Shown here: in pieces, positions 25,157 through 38,241 of the stretch
How the letters are laid out: each line of letters opens with the position of its first letter
Numbering within the stretch: the stretch's first letter is position 1
DNA from: the human T2T-CHM13v2.0 reference genome, Homo sapiens
Direction: 5' to 3' (one strand)
Length of the DNA: 64,000 nucleotides
NCBI RefSeq assembly: GCF_009914755.1
Contig: NC_060931.1
The notes under the pieces: generated by a model
Seen by the model: only the letters and a program-made list of their open reading frames with translations
The model's database searches: none
Told to the model about the DNA's origin: nothing
Position numbers and translations under genes: made by a program

Positions 25157-27980
25157 CCTAATTTCTAGTTGTATCTCTTTGTGGTCAGACAAGATACTTG
25201 AAATGATTTTATGGTGCTTTCTGGAATTTTTAAAACTTATTTTGCGGCCTAATGTATACTTGAGAATGATACATGTGCTGAGGAGAAGAATGTATATTTT
25301 GCAGCTTTGGTGTAAAACATTCTGTAAATATTTATTAGGTCCATTTGGTCTGTGGTACAGATTAAGTCTTATGTTTCTTTGTTGATTTTCTGTCTGGATG
25401 ATCTGTTCAGTGCTGCAATTGGGGTTTTGAGGTCTCCTGTTATTGCATTGAAGTGTCTCTCTTTAGCTCTAAGAACTTTGGCCTTGCATATCTGGGTGTT
25501 CCAGGGTTGGGTTTATATATATTTATAATTGTTACATCATCTTGCTAAATTTATTTTTTTATCATTATATAATGAGCTTCTTTGTCTCTTTTTATAGTTT
25601 TTTTCTTGAAATCCGTATTATCTGATATAACTATTCTGCTCTTTTTTGGTTTCCATTTGCATGAAATATCTTATTCCATCCCTTTATTTTCAGTCTGTGT
25701 GTATTTTCATATGTGAACTGAATCTGTTGTAGGCAGTATATAGTTAAGCCTTGGTGGGTTTCTTTGTTTGTTTGTTTGTTTTTTTTTTATTTCATTTTTG
25801 TTTTTGTTTTGGTTTGGTTTGGTTTGGTTTTTTGGTCCATGTAGGCAGTCTATGTCTTTTGATTGGAGAGTTTAGTCCATTTACATTTAATGTTATTATT
25901 GATAGATAAGGACCTACTACTGCCATTTAGTTATTTGTTTTCTGTTTGTATTGTGCAAAGAGGAAACTATTAAGAACTCTACAATTTACCTCTCCATGCA
26001 TTCTAAATTTTGTTCCCCTCATTTATATTTTTTATATTTACACACCACAATTATGTGGTGTGTAAAATGTTCTGTATTTGTCTGTGTATTTACTGTTACC
26101 AGTAAGTTCTGTACCATCAGATAATTTCTTATTGCTTGCTAACATACTTTTCTTTCAGATTGAAAAACTCCCTTTAGCATTTCTTGTTAAGACAGGTCTT
26201 GTATTTACGAAATTCCTAAGCTTTTGTTATTTTGAGAAAGTCTTTATTGCTCCTTCATGTTCAAAGGCTATTTTAACTAAGTATATTATTATAAGATACA
26301 AATTTTATATTCTTCAGAACTTTGAATATGTCGTGCCACTCTGTCCTGGCCTGTAAGATTTCCACTGAGAAGTCTGTTGTCAAAAGTATTAGAACTCCTT
26401 TAATTGTTATTAGTTTCCTTTCTATTGCTGTTTTTAGAATCCTTTCTTTATTCTTGACCTTTAGTAATTGATTATTAAATGCTTTGACGTAGTCTTATTT
26501 GGGTTAAATCTGCTTGGAGTTCTATGACCTTCTTATACCTGAATATTGATATCATCCTCTAGGTTGAGATTGATCTCCGTTATTATTTATTTGAATACAT
26601 TTTCTACCCCAATCCCTCTTTCTATCTTTTCTTAAGGCCAAAACTCTTAGATTTGCCCTTTTGAGGCTATTTCCTCGATCTTGTAAGGGTGTTTCATTCT
26701 TTATATTTTTTCCTTTGACTGTGTGTTTTCAAATAATTTATCTTCAAGCTCACTAATTCTTTCTTTTGCTCAATTAATTCTGCTACTGAGAGACTCTGAT
26801 ACATTTTTTAGTGTATTAATTGAATCTTTTAGCTCCAGAATTTCTGCTAGATTTGTAAAAATTATTTCAATCTCTTAATGTTTTCTAACTGTATTCTGAA
26901 TTTCTTCTCTCCGTTTTGTTAATGTTTTTTGAACTTCCTCAAAACAGCTATTTTGAATTATCTGCCTGAAAGGTCACAAATCTCTGCTACTCTGGGGTTG
27001 ATTCCTGGTGCCTTATTTACTTGATTTGGTAAAGTCATGTTTTCTTGCATATGCTTAATGTTTGTCGATGTTTGTTGAGGTCTGGGCATGAAAAGTTAGG
27101 TATTTATTGAAATCTTCACTGTCTGAGTTCTTTTGTACTTATCTTTCTTGAGAAGTATTTGAAGTCTTAATTCAAAGGGAATTAAGTATTGTGATCTAAG
27201 TATTTGGTCACTGCAGGTGTATCTGCACAAGGGACACAACAAGCTCCTTAATGCTGCAAGTCTTGCAGTCTCATATACCCCTCGTGGGTTTAGGTAAGAT
27301 CTTGGAGAACTCCCCCGATTACCAGGCAAATTCTCTCGTTCTCTTCCCTCATGTTCCCCCAAACTGAAGGGTCTCTCTTTCTCCTTGTTGGACTGCCTTC
27401 AGCCAGGGGAGGATTGATGCAAGCACTTCCTTGGCCACCACAGCCAGGATGCCCTGGGTCAAACCTGAACCCAGCACAGTACTGGGTTTCACCCCAGGAC
27501 CATGGTGACTACTGCCTCACTACTACTGATGTTTATTCACAGCTCAAGGACTTTTTAGTCTGCAGGTGGTGAATCCTGCTAGGACTGCTTTCTTCTGTTT
27601 AGCACAGCAGATTCCCTGCTAGCCCAGGGTGCATCTAGAAATGCTGTCCAGGACCTATGGCCTGAAATCAGGGGCTTCAGGGATCTTCTCTGTGCTTTAG
27701 TTTATTGCAGCCAAACTGGTGCCCAAGGTGCAAGACAAAGTTCTGTTTACTCTTCCCTCTCCTTTTCACAAACTGAAGTCTCTCCCTGAGCTACTCTGGG
27801 TGGAGTTGGGGGAGGGCTGATGTAAGCATTCCCTTGGCTGCCACAACTGGGTATTGCTTGGTCACTTGTACTCCAATTCCACCAGCTGTGAGCCCAGCAC
27901 AGCACCCATACTTGCCCAAGGACTGTAGTTCTTGTGGCCTGATTACTTTTTGAATTTATTCAGGACCCCAGGGCTCTTTA

Positions 27981-28290
27981 TTTGTTTATTTCATTTTTTT
28001 TTTATTTTTGGAGACGGAGTCTCGCTCTGTTGCCCTGGCTGAGTGCAGTGGCACGATCTTGGCTCGCTGCAACCTCCACTTCCCGGGTTCTAAGCGATTC
28101 TTCTGCCTCATCCTCACAGTAGCTGGGATTACAAGTGAGCGTCACCATGCCTGGCTAGTTTTTGTATTTTTAGTAGAGACGGGGTTTCACCATGTTACCC
28201 AGGCTGATCTTGAACTTCTGACCTTGTGATCCGCCCGACTCGGCCTCCCAAAGTGCTGGGATTACAGGTGTTGAGCCACTGTGCCCGGCC
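27981..28290 (-). mobile_element. Full-length AluS (Sg-like) in the L1 5'UTR
   Basis: Dimer ending 'gtgcccggcc'; TSD agggctcttta on both sides. Confidence 0.93.
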
Positions 28291-28848
28291 TAGGGCTCTT
28301 TAATCTGTGGGTGGTGGAGATAGCTGGAACTCTGGTTTCTACTGCTGGAGTGGTGTATTCCTCTCTGTCCAGGGCTAGTTTGAATGCTCCTTCTGTAGGA
28401 ACTAGCAGAATTCTGCCCTGCATTGTTTTCTGCCGTGACAGGGCAGTTCTGAGTTCCAGTGCAAAGTCCCAGATTTGCTTCACTCTCACTCCCCCAAATA
28501 TGCAAACTCGCTTTCTCCGATTCTCTCTCCCCATGTTTCCAGGGTAGATGGGGGAGGGGTGGTATAGGCAATATGAGACTGTCTTTACAACCCTCTTCAG
28601 TGCCTCTTTCCTTGATATAATATTAAAACCAGGTAGTGTGATTGCTGACCTGATTTTGGCCCTTATGAAGGTGTTTATTTTGTTTGTGGATAGGTGTTCA
28701 ATTTGGTGTTCCCACATGGGGATGACTCCTGAAGCATTCTATTCTGCTATCTTGCTCGAAATCTCTCCTGGTCAGATATATTTTAATTGGACACCTTCAC
28801 TAGTGCTCTATTTCAACATAAAAACAAAGGGTGTTAAACATCAGTCTG

Positions 28849-28904
28849 CACTGCACTCCAGCATGGGTGACAGAGTGAGACTCTGTCTGAAAAAAAAAAA
28901 AAAA
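28849..28904 (+). mobile_element. Tiny Alu 3' fragment with poly(A)
   Basis: 'cactgcactccagcatgggtgacagagtgagactctgtctg(a)n'; TSD atcagtctg / atccgtctg. Confidence 0.85.
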
Positions 28905-29200
28905 TCCGTCTGACATTTATCATGACAAGTAACTGAGCTCTTGGTGAACATATGTGATGTCAGCATTATTCATTCTGTTTCTGTTGATAAATACAATTAG
29001 TGCAAATTAATTCTGGTCAGACAAAAGTTTTCAGCAAATAAATATGATTTTTACTCTTGGTTTTTATCATTAAAGTCATATGAAGTTTGCTAAAACAGAT
29101 AATAACACCCATGACAATGTTAAGAAAACTAGCAATGAAGAAGTTAATATAGTATTCACTGCATGATAAATAAAAGTAATTTTAATTCACCTCAGTTGTT

Positions 29201-29240
29201 TTTCTATTAGCTTTACTGATTTTCTATTAGCTTTATTGAT
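29201..29240. repeat. 20-bp tandem duplication
   Basis: tttctattagctttactgat / tttctattagctttattgat. Confidence 0.9.
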
Positions 29241-31204
29241 TACTTTTTGTAATTTATTCTGAGTATTAAGGAATAATACCTCCTGATACCCAATTAGGAT
29301 AAACAATATTTTAAAACATTTCTAAAACTATTACTTTATTAGGTGGTCCCAATAATTCTGTATTCTTTTCATCTTTTTTCATGTAAAGATGCTAGTAAAA
29401 AAAGAAATAAGCAGCAGCATACTTACTCTAATTTTTTTATTCTAAGTATAAATTTACATTATATTTGTGACCTATAAATTCAAAGTTTATCTTAAAAGGC
29501 TGCAGTCATCATCATTGATAATATTAATACAGTTATGTTTTAAATATATAATATTCTTCCTTTCAAAGCAATATACTGTCATCTACCTTGAAATTTTTCT
29601 ATAAAATATAAAGTTTGCTTTTTGTGTGTTTTTCTTTTTAGTTTAAATTCTTTCTACTCAAATGTCTAGCATGATGACTATCTGTCACATCATAATCCAC
29701 TGTAGCTATTCTGAGTAAAATATAAATGCATAAAGTACAAAAGGGACCCATCAGATTTTCTGCAGTGCCAGAGAATCAGGCAAAGTATCTACATAATCAA
29801 GAAAAATGACCAGATTACACCACTTGTCAGCCACCCTAAGGAGCAATCTACTTCAGCTGGGGATGAGCATAAGAATAATAGCTACTAGTATACCACTGCT
29901 ACCGAGACTTTTGCCATTGCTAAATCTGAATTCTTGTGGTCTCTCAATCTCCACTACACTCATGATAATGGTTTCTGTGTAGTATCTCTTTTATGTCCCT
30001 CTCCTCCTAATCAAATCTCATGGGATGTGTGCAAACTGAAAAGTGTACTGAAGTTATAGAAAAATGTTTAAAATGTCCTTAGTGGTCAAAAAGCAAGAGA
30101 TGATTTGTTCAAAATAACGAAATTTGATAGAGCTTTAGATTTTCATAAACTCTAAAAATGTTTTTTGAAAAGTATTGATGACATCACGGTGTCATAATGC
30201 TGACAGTAGGAGCAGCAGCATTGTAGTGAGCATATTAGCTATGAAATAGCCACATTAGTGGTGATGCCTGGGCAAAGACAATAATGAGTGAGGTGGTAAT
30301 GCCACTACTGATGACATGGAAAGTGAGGTGCTAAATGTGCTGTTCATGGGCGTCATTGCCCTTAGCTCAGGCAACAATATCTTGGGCTTTAACACTGACA
30401 ACTTTGTCATAGACATCAGTAGACTCACCAGCATCAACAAAACAGTTACTTTGACAGTTATGCAGAATGATGCAGATTGTCCTCAGTGGTCAATAGTGAA
30501 AGAGTCTCCATGTTTTGAAAGGAGCAAAAGGTATATTGTCCATAGGGTAGGCAGAATTGATGCAGAAAACAATTATTAGTACTTTAAATATGGAAGAGAG
30601 CTATTTCTTGAAAAACCAACGGGAGAATTCTGTGAAACTCTAACACCATTTGGAAGGAAATAGAGGGAAATCTAAAGTCCCCCCAAAATAGCTGATATTG
30701 AGATTCTATTCTAAACTGGAGGTACAGGAGGTCTAATATTCACATCAATTTCAATGTTTTAAAGTAGCTGCATTCTCATATTGTGAGAAAAATCACTAAC
30801 AATAAATCACAGAATTAAATTTATGTTTAGCTTGGAAATGGTTAAGGTTTTCATAGAATTACCGATTTTTAATTTTTTTTTAAATAAAATTGAGTCTCAC
30901 ATGGGAGCCTAATTTAGAAAAGAACTAACTGCAGAGCTGCTTTGGATGAAGCAGAGTTTAGGGATGTGGAAAATATCACTCCCTCCATTCATTCCCATCT
31001 CTATTGGCTTTTTTTTCTGCCTTCTCTCTCCCTTTGTCCTTCCCTTCCACTGTCTCACTCTCTCCCTTTTCTCTCCTTCTTCTCAAGTTTCTTGAACACT
31101 TCCCAGAAGCCACTCTAAAAATTTGAAAAACAATGATATGATGGGATAGAACTGGAGCCTCAAAACTGTAAACTGTCATTAGGTAGAGAGGAAGTATATT
31201 TGTT

Positions 31205-31530
31205 CTAGAGTGGAAGTGAATTCCAACTCAAAATAGAAAAGAACTTTATAATTAACAGAACTTTTTTGAAAATGGAATAGATACTTTCAGCTTATAGGAA
31301 GTTACTGATTCCATTGTTCTTTATAAGTCAGATTTAGGGATTCAAAGCTAATGGAAGTAAATTCTAACTTAATACAGAGAAGAATTTTATAATCTACCAA
31401 ACATTCTGAAAAAGACATAGGTAACTTCATTAGATTAATTTCCTGATGACTGAACATGTTCAGAGACTAGAAATTCACTACTAGTGTTCTAGGGAATTTA
31501 AGTATCAGTGGAGTGGTTGTCCTTAGAATC
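31205..31530 (+). mobile_element. L3/CR1-like 3' fragments, two tandem related copies
   Basis: 'aattccaactcaaaatagaaaagaactttataatt...aaatggaat' and a second copy at ~31353. Confidence 0.5.
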
Positions 31531-34299
31531 TATCATTAAACAGAATCATTCTCTACATCATTTGCCAATCGAGCCTACAATAACTTCCTGCCATGAGCAT
31601 CAGGTAAATTGGACACTATTTTACAATTATTCATATATGTTATATATTTTTAGATTCCAATGACATTATAAACTCCATATTGCTTTTTTTCTTCTTTTAT
31701 TCCATGAAGACCTTTATTTCTTTGAAATCAACACCTTTAAAAGTAATAATTCTTGGTTTCTAGATTATTCCAAGAAAAATGAACTGCAGGTAGAAGGAAA
31801 ATATAAGTGTGTTTGCTCATGTACATTGTACTGCATGTGCATACTTTTTATTCCTATGCAAGATCTTCCAAAGGAAAGATAAAAGAACATTTGTGAGCAA
31901 CATAAGATAAGCTAGGAAACACTGAAGCATTAAAGGATAACATCAACTTAATTTATAAACCAATTCAGGAAACCCTTTAATTCTGAAAGTAATAGATACA
32001 GAGTTACCAGGTTACAAAAACACATTATGTCTTTCCTACTTTTGGAAGATAAGGATGTTTTTCCTTCTGTGATTACACTGCACTATTTTTTTTTAGTAAA
32101 AAATGAAAGAAAACCCTAATTCCTTATGTACATCATCTTGGACTACTATAGTACATTTATTTCCTTGTGAATTACTTTATAAAATAAATATATTTTACAT
32201 AAAAATATATTATTTATTTTATGTAAGAGATAAGAGGAAACATCACAAGATAGAAAAGTTGTGAAAGAAACATAATGGAACAAACGTTTTACTTATTGAC
32301 ATAGAACTTTTGTTGATTTAAATTACAACAATCTAAGATTCTATGATTGACATTGTTTCTTTGAAGTGGTCTTCTTAACTCTGCCTTTAACCTTATTTCA
32401 CAAAAAGTAAAAATTATTATAGCTAATATTTTGCTTTACATTGATACTAAGTATTTCCTGTTTCTGGCACATATTTGTACAGAATTGAGATTGAAGAAAG
32501 GGCCTTGCTAAGAAACTAAGAAAATAATGAATGAAACTTCTTTACAGAATGAGCAGTCTACATCTATGAGATTAGGACCATTATTTTAAATATTAATACT
32601 CTAATATGCTTCTGCCAGAGGGCAATTAATTTGTGTTATATTAGAGGTATCATGGAATAGCACAATGGAGATCAATTTTATACTTGAGATGACTTTTTCA
32701 ATAAAGGTAATTAAATAATTATCTACACCCACAGAGGCTGATGCACCTAGACAGAAAATATATCTTCTAAATATGATGCATATATATAACAGTGGGCTTA
32801 GAAAGAGAGAGAGTTAGAGAAAGAGAGAGAATAAAGAGGTATCTGACTCTTTACAAAAACAGAGAACCTTTGCTGATTTTGATTATAATGCCATGCTCAT
32901 CGAAACTAGGTCAACTTTCTCTCAATAAAGATTCCTTGTGGCTATGATAGTTGCACAGCCTGGCTGTCCATAGGGCTAGAACTTAATTAAAAAAGGATAG
33001 TGAGAAAAATTTCGAGGTGGATAAAGTGAGGGAGGGATAGGGAAGGAGTTTAGGAGGAGAATGTTTTTGTTGTTGTTGTTATTGTTTTAATTTATTCTAT
33101 TATTGTAGATCTGAGTTCATCACTGACTGGCTACAGGCCAGTGAGCATCATAGCAGAGCATATGCTTCTCCCTGTTTTCTCAATCTCATAAAAATCTATT
33201 TTTATGCCCAAATTCTCCCAGTGTTGCCTTGTTTCCTGGTAACTCTTACGTTTAACACTGGAGGTAATTTTTCTAAGGTTTTTAGTAAATTATTTCTCTG
33301 GTTTTAAAACTGTGTTCCACGAGTCCTTGAGTTACACTGAGATACCTCAGGAATCACCTAGTGAGGAAAGGGGAAGGCCAAGGATATGAGACTTTGTTTC
33401 TTTTGAAATAAAAATTTGTAGAAAAAAGTTTTAACTTTAACAAATTTTTAAAAAGTTGTTAAGTTAGCTCAATTCTTTTCAATGATGTTAACACTTTCTA
33501 AAAACATTGCAAAATATTTTGCAATTTATTTCTATTCTACAAGGTATTTTATTTAATCCTTTAAATAAATCACTTTATTTATTTATTTATTATAAGTTTC
33601 GATGACAAAAAAACTCCCTAAAAAAATAAGGACATCATTTATCCTTCACATTTCACTTGTGTGATCCTGCCTGGATAAAATTAGAAAAATGTTCAGTGAA
33701 GGTTAATATGTCAGAGAAAATTGCTTTTGTGTAATGGAAAAAAGGCCATTCTTACATTACAAAATTACTTTATGTGGGGTCATTAGAGATAATACTTGCA
33801 TGAAAATAAATTATGCATCACTATGTTATAATGTTCTAAAGACTAGTGAAATGGAACAGAGAAATATTGAGGACCACACCTTAAATTGTGAGACAACCCT
33901 GGCGGAGAGAAGAAGCTTAAATTGCAGAGAAAATTTGGAGCAGAGAAGGGATATAATTTGGAGTCATCCAGGGTGATGCAGAGCCAAAGCATCTAAACAC
34001 TAGCCTTACTCTTGTGTATTACCATCATGACCCTGGAGGGCTAAAATAAAAGGGTTGTTTTAGAGAAACTTAGAACATGGTGTGGGAGAAAATCCTTTTC
34101 TCTCTGCAATCTAACAGTTTTCAAATTGCATCTCTAGTATCATGAAGTCACACTCTGTACCACCCTCCAATTTCATTCAGTTACCTCAGTCCTACCTAAA
34201 ATGCACAAGAAAAAAATGATTCCTATATGTAGCTTCCCCACTGCACCTCTTCTTTCTACTTCCTGCCCGCCACCAGACATGTTACTTTAGATGTTGAAG

Positions 34300-34795
34300 A
34301 GTATGTTGATAAGTAAATACCACAGACTTTAGAAGTAAATAAATATATTCCAACTGTAGCTCTGCCACTTTACAGATATCATACATGAAGCAATGGAAGA
34401 GGATTTATAGTTCAGGGGTTACACAATTAAGGACTCCAACCAGACTGATTTCATTCCAATACAGTTTTGCCACTTACTAGATTTCATTGACAAACTGATT
34501 CACATCTGTGAGCCTCTTCTTTTCTTCTCAAAGTGGGTGGTAATGATAACTGTTCTTATTTCATAGGGTTCTTGTGAAGAATAAATTACATACAGCTCTT
34601 AGAACAAATCTTGATACCTAGCAGTTGATCCATAAATATTTTCTATTACTATATAAGTACATATTCTTATTTTGTCAGTTTCCTCAAATTATAAAATATA
34701 AAAACATAACTTATCTTGTGTATGATTAAATAAGATATCATATAAAAATTCTCTATCAATCATTTTAGGAGATATTTGGACAATAATTATTACTT
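34300..34795 (+). mobile_element. Two MIRs, one (~34400-34651) nested within the other
   Basis: MIR motifs 'gctctgccactt', 'ctgtgagcctc', 'catagggttcttgtgaag', 'tcagtttcctca'. Confidence 0.6.
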
Positions 34796-36337
34796 CCTGA
34801 ATCCTCTAATGGGTCTATTACTAATCTCTCAAAGAATACCCATTTTTTTATAACTTTAAGACTTTGCAAATCCCCCTGTTTGTCAATTTCCTTCTTGTTT
34901 ACAGATTTGAAGATGAGTTACTAAAGGTACAGACACTATTATAAAGACAAAATAAGTGACTTGCAATTTATATGTCCTCTTGTTAAAGTATACCATCTGT
35001 AGATTTTAAATTTAATTCTACATTAGTTGTGTTTGATTTGATTGTAAATAATAGAAAACTACTCCAACATAGGGAAAAATGAATTTGTTGGAAGAAAATC
35101 CACTCACAGACATGACAACATGAATCACTAGAGAAGGCAGAAACCAAATGCCTCTCAGGATCTCTGTAGCAGAAAGAGATGGAATAGGAGAACTATGTTT
35201 GAGTTCAAATATAGCTCAATTTTTGTGTCTTTTATTTCAAGTTTCAGATTCCAGAGAACTATATTTTATTTGAACTAGCTTGAGTTGTGTGTTTCTAGCT
35301 CCAAATTAATCAGTAGAGGAAGGAGAAGCTAGCTATCGGAAAGGACCATTGTTAACAGGCAGAACAACAATATGTGTTTACCCCATATTCCCCTTCTGTT
35401 TTATTTTATCAGCTGTATTGAGATATAATTTATGTATAAAAATTCCACCCAGGTGAGTATACAATTTAATGATTTTCAGTCAGTTTTTAAAGTTGTGCAA
35501 CCATCAGCGTTATCCAGAACATTAAAACATTTAGAACATTTCCATCATCCCTAAAATGTTCTGCCAGTCACTCAGTCTGCAGTCTATTTCTGCCTCTAAC
35601 TCCAGCCAGACCCAGGAAATCACTGATTTCTTTCTGCCTATGTAAATTTGCTTTCTAATTTTATGTAAATACAAGTTTATAATATGGAGACTTTTCCCCT
35701 CGTTTCTTTCACATAGCATGATGTTTTTGATGTATGTCCAAGATGTAACATGAATCAGTATTTTCTTCTTTGTATTGCTGAATAGTATTCTATCGTATAG
35801 ATATACCACATTGTGCTTATCTACTTTCCAGCTGATGTTGAATTAGTTCCAGCTATTACAAACAATGTGGTTATGAACATTCATATACAATCTTTATGTG
35901 GACATACATATTCTTTTTTCCTTAGGTAATATGTATAAGAATGAAATTGCTGGCTCATATGATGAGTTTTTGCTTGACTATTAAAAAAATGAGGAAAATC
36001 TTTTTCCAACGTGGTTATATCAACTTACATTCCCACCAGCATTATGTGCAAGTTTTCGTTTCTCCACATTCTGGCCAGCACTTGGCATTATCTATCCTTC
36101 TGATTATAGCCCTCCTAGTGGGTGGATAGTGTTATCTCGTTATGCTTTTAATTTGGGTTTCCCAAAAGAGTAACGATGCTGAGCACCCTTTCTGTGTTTA
36201 TTAACCATTTATATTTTTTAATACATGCTTATTAAATCATTTTATCATTTTAATTGAAACATTTGACTCTTAATATTGAATTTAAAGTTTATTTATATCA
36301 TTTGCATCTATTTTTATATATTTTGTAAGACATAAAG

Positions 36338-36967
36338 TGTATTTGATTTATATTACTGCATAACCAATTACCACAAATTTAGTGGCTTTAAACAACACAT
36401 GCATCTATTATCTCACAATTTCTATGAGCCAGAAGTTTGGGCATGACTTAACGGGGTCCTCCACTCAATCTCACTAGGCTGTCATCAACATTTGGACAGG
36501 GCAGCACTTTCCTCTGTAGGCTCAATCAGGGAAAGATCTACTTCCAAGCTTATTCAGGTTGTTGGAATAATTCTTCTTCTTCTTCTTTTTTTTTTTTTGA
36601 TATATGACTGAGGGTTCCAGCTTTTTGCTGGCCATTGTCTGGAGGCTTTCCTAAGGTCCTAAATGGTATCCACTGTTCCTAAAGGCTACCCATGATTCCT
36701 AGAGGCTGTCCATAGTTGCTTGACACTTGGGCTTCCTCATCATGGCTGCTTAGTTTATCAAGCTAGCAAGGAGAATCTCTTACTGCATTCTGCTAAGACA
36801 AAGTCTTACATAACATAACTAATGATTGGAGTGATAGTTCATCATTTTGCCATATTCTGGGTTACAAGCAAGTCAAAGCCCTACATACATTGAATGGGAA
36901 GGGATTGAAGAAAGACATGGGCACCCGGAGGAAGATATTGGGTGTCACATAGGGTCAGTTCACCACA
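36338..36967 (-). mobile_element. MLT1E1-like solo LTR
   Basis: 'tgtatt...attaccacaaatttagtggctttaaacaacac...cttccaagcttattcaggttgttgg...caccaca'. Confidence 0.8.
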
Positions 36968-37110
36968 AATCACTTACAAATACAATACATTCTCCCAGTT
37001 TGTATTTTGTGTTTTAATTTACTTAAAGGTGTCTTTTGAAGTACAACGGTGTCTTTTTTTCTCTTTCTTTTTCTTTTAAGGTTTATGCTTTTGGTGGTAT
37101 ATCTAAGAAT

Positions 37111-37440
37111 TTTTTTCTTTCAATTTTTTTTTCCTTTTTTTTTTTTTTGAAGACAGAGTCTCACTCTGTAGCCCAGGCTGGAGCACAGTGGTGACATCTC
37201 AGCTCACTGCAAACTTTCACCTTCTGGTTTCAAACAATTCATGTCCCTTAGCCACCTGAGTAGCTGGGATTACAGACATGTGCCACTATGCCTGGCTAAT
37301 TTCTGTGTTTTTTCTTTTTTAAGAAGATATGGGGTTTTGCCATGTTGGCCAGGCTGGTCTCGAACTCCTGGCCTCAAGTTATCCACCCCCTCAGCCTCCC
37401 AGAGTGCTGGGATTACAGGCACGAGCCACGGCACCTGGCC
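37111..37440 (-). mobile_element. Full-length Alu (Sz/Jb-like)
   Basis: Dimer; TSD tatctaag(g)aattttt at ~37100 and 37441. Confidence 0.92.
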
Positions 37441-37975
37441 TATCTAAGGAATTTTTACCCACCTCAATGTCATGAAAGTTTTATCTTTGTCTTCTTCTAG
37501 TAGTTTTAGCTTTTACATTTAAATGCTAAGTTAATTCACTCAAAATATATCATTATTGATTTGGTAAAATTTTAGGCCATCATTTTGCTCTTTGCTTTCT
37601 ATTTTATTTATGATATTTTTGTTCTTCTCTTTCTCTTCTAATGTCTTATTTTGTGTCAAATATATTTTTTCTCTACCATTTAATTTCTTCTGTCATTTTA
37701 ATCCCTTTTCTAGCTATTTACTTAGTTTTTGCTAAAGGGTTTAAAAAAGATCTTAACTTATTATACTCTACTTCAGAATAATACTGACCTCATTCTGGTA
37801 AAAATATAGAAATGTTGCTCCAATATATTTTCTCTTTTTCCTCCTCTTTTTTTTTCTTTATTGTCATTCACACTACATCTATATAATTTCATAAAAGAGT
37901 ATTATGTTTATTGCCCTGTAGATTGTTATAAGAAGTTAAAGAAACCAAAAATATAATATATATAAATGTTATATA

Positions 37976-38241
37976 TTTTTTTCTTTTTTTTTTTTTTTGA
38001 GACAGTCTCGCTCTGTCACCCAGGCTGGAGTGCAGTGACACAGCCTTGGCTCACTGCAACTTCTGCCTCCCAGGTTCAACCAATTCTCCTGCCTCAGCCT
38101 CCTGAGTAGCTGGGAATACAGGTGCCTGCCACCACGCCTGGCTAATTTTTGTATTTTTAGTAGAGATGGGGTTTCAACACGTTGACCAGGCTGGTCTCGA
38201 ACTCCCGACCTCAGGTGATCCACCCGCCTTGGCCTCCCAAA
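37976..38241 (-). mobile_element. AluSx, 5'-truncated
   Basis: 'gacctcaggtgatccacccgccttggcctcccaaa' followed by non-Alu sequence. Confidence 0.92.

Larger units (their letters stand above)
21945..28770 (-). mobile_element. Near full-length, internally deleted L1MA (MA2/MA3-like) carrying two Alu insertions
   Basis: 3'UTR at ~22015 ('ggtgtatatattcatggggtacatg'), continuous ORF2 and ORF1 remnants, 5'UTR to 'ttctattctgctatcttgctc' (reverse complement GAGCAAGATAGCAGAATAGAA, an L1 start-like motif). Confidence 0.88.

Noticed and set aside
28262-28913. ORFs of 88-151 aa
   Set aside because: L1 5'UTR and Alu sequence.
33296-33430. Possible hAT-Charlie (MER112-like) fragment
   Set aside because: Only the terminal motif 'ggttttaaaactgtgttccac' is recognisable; too little to call.
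36648-36722. Three ~20-bp 'tccta(a/g)agg' units
   Set aside because: Inside the MLT1E LTR and probably part of the family consensus.
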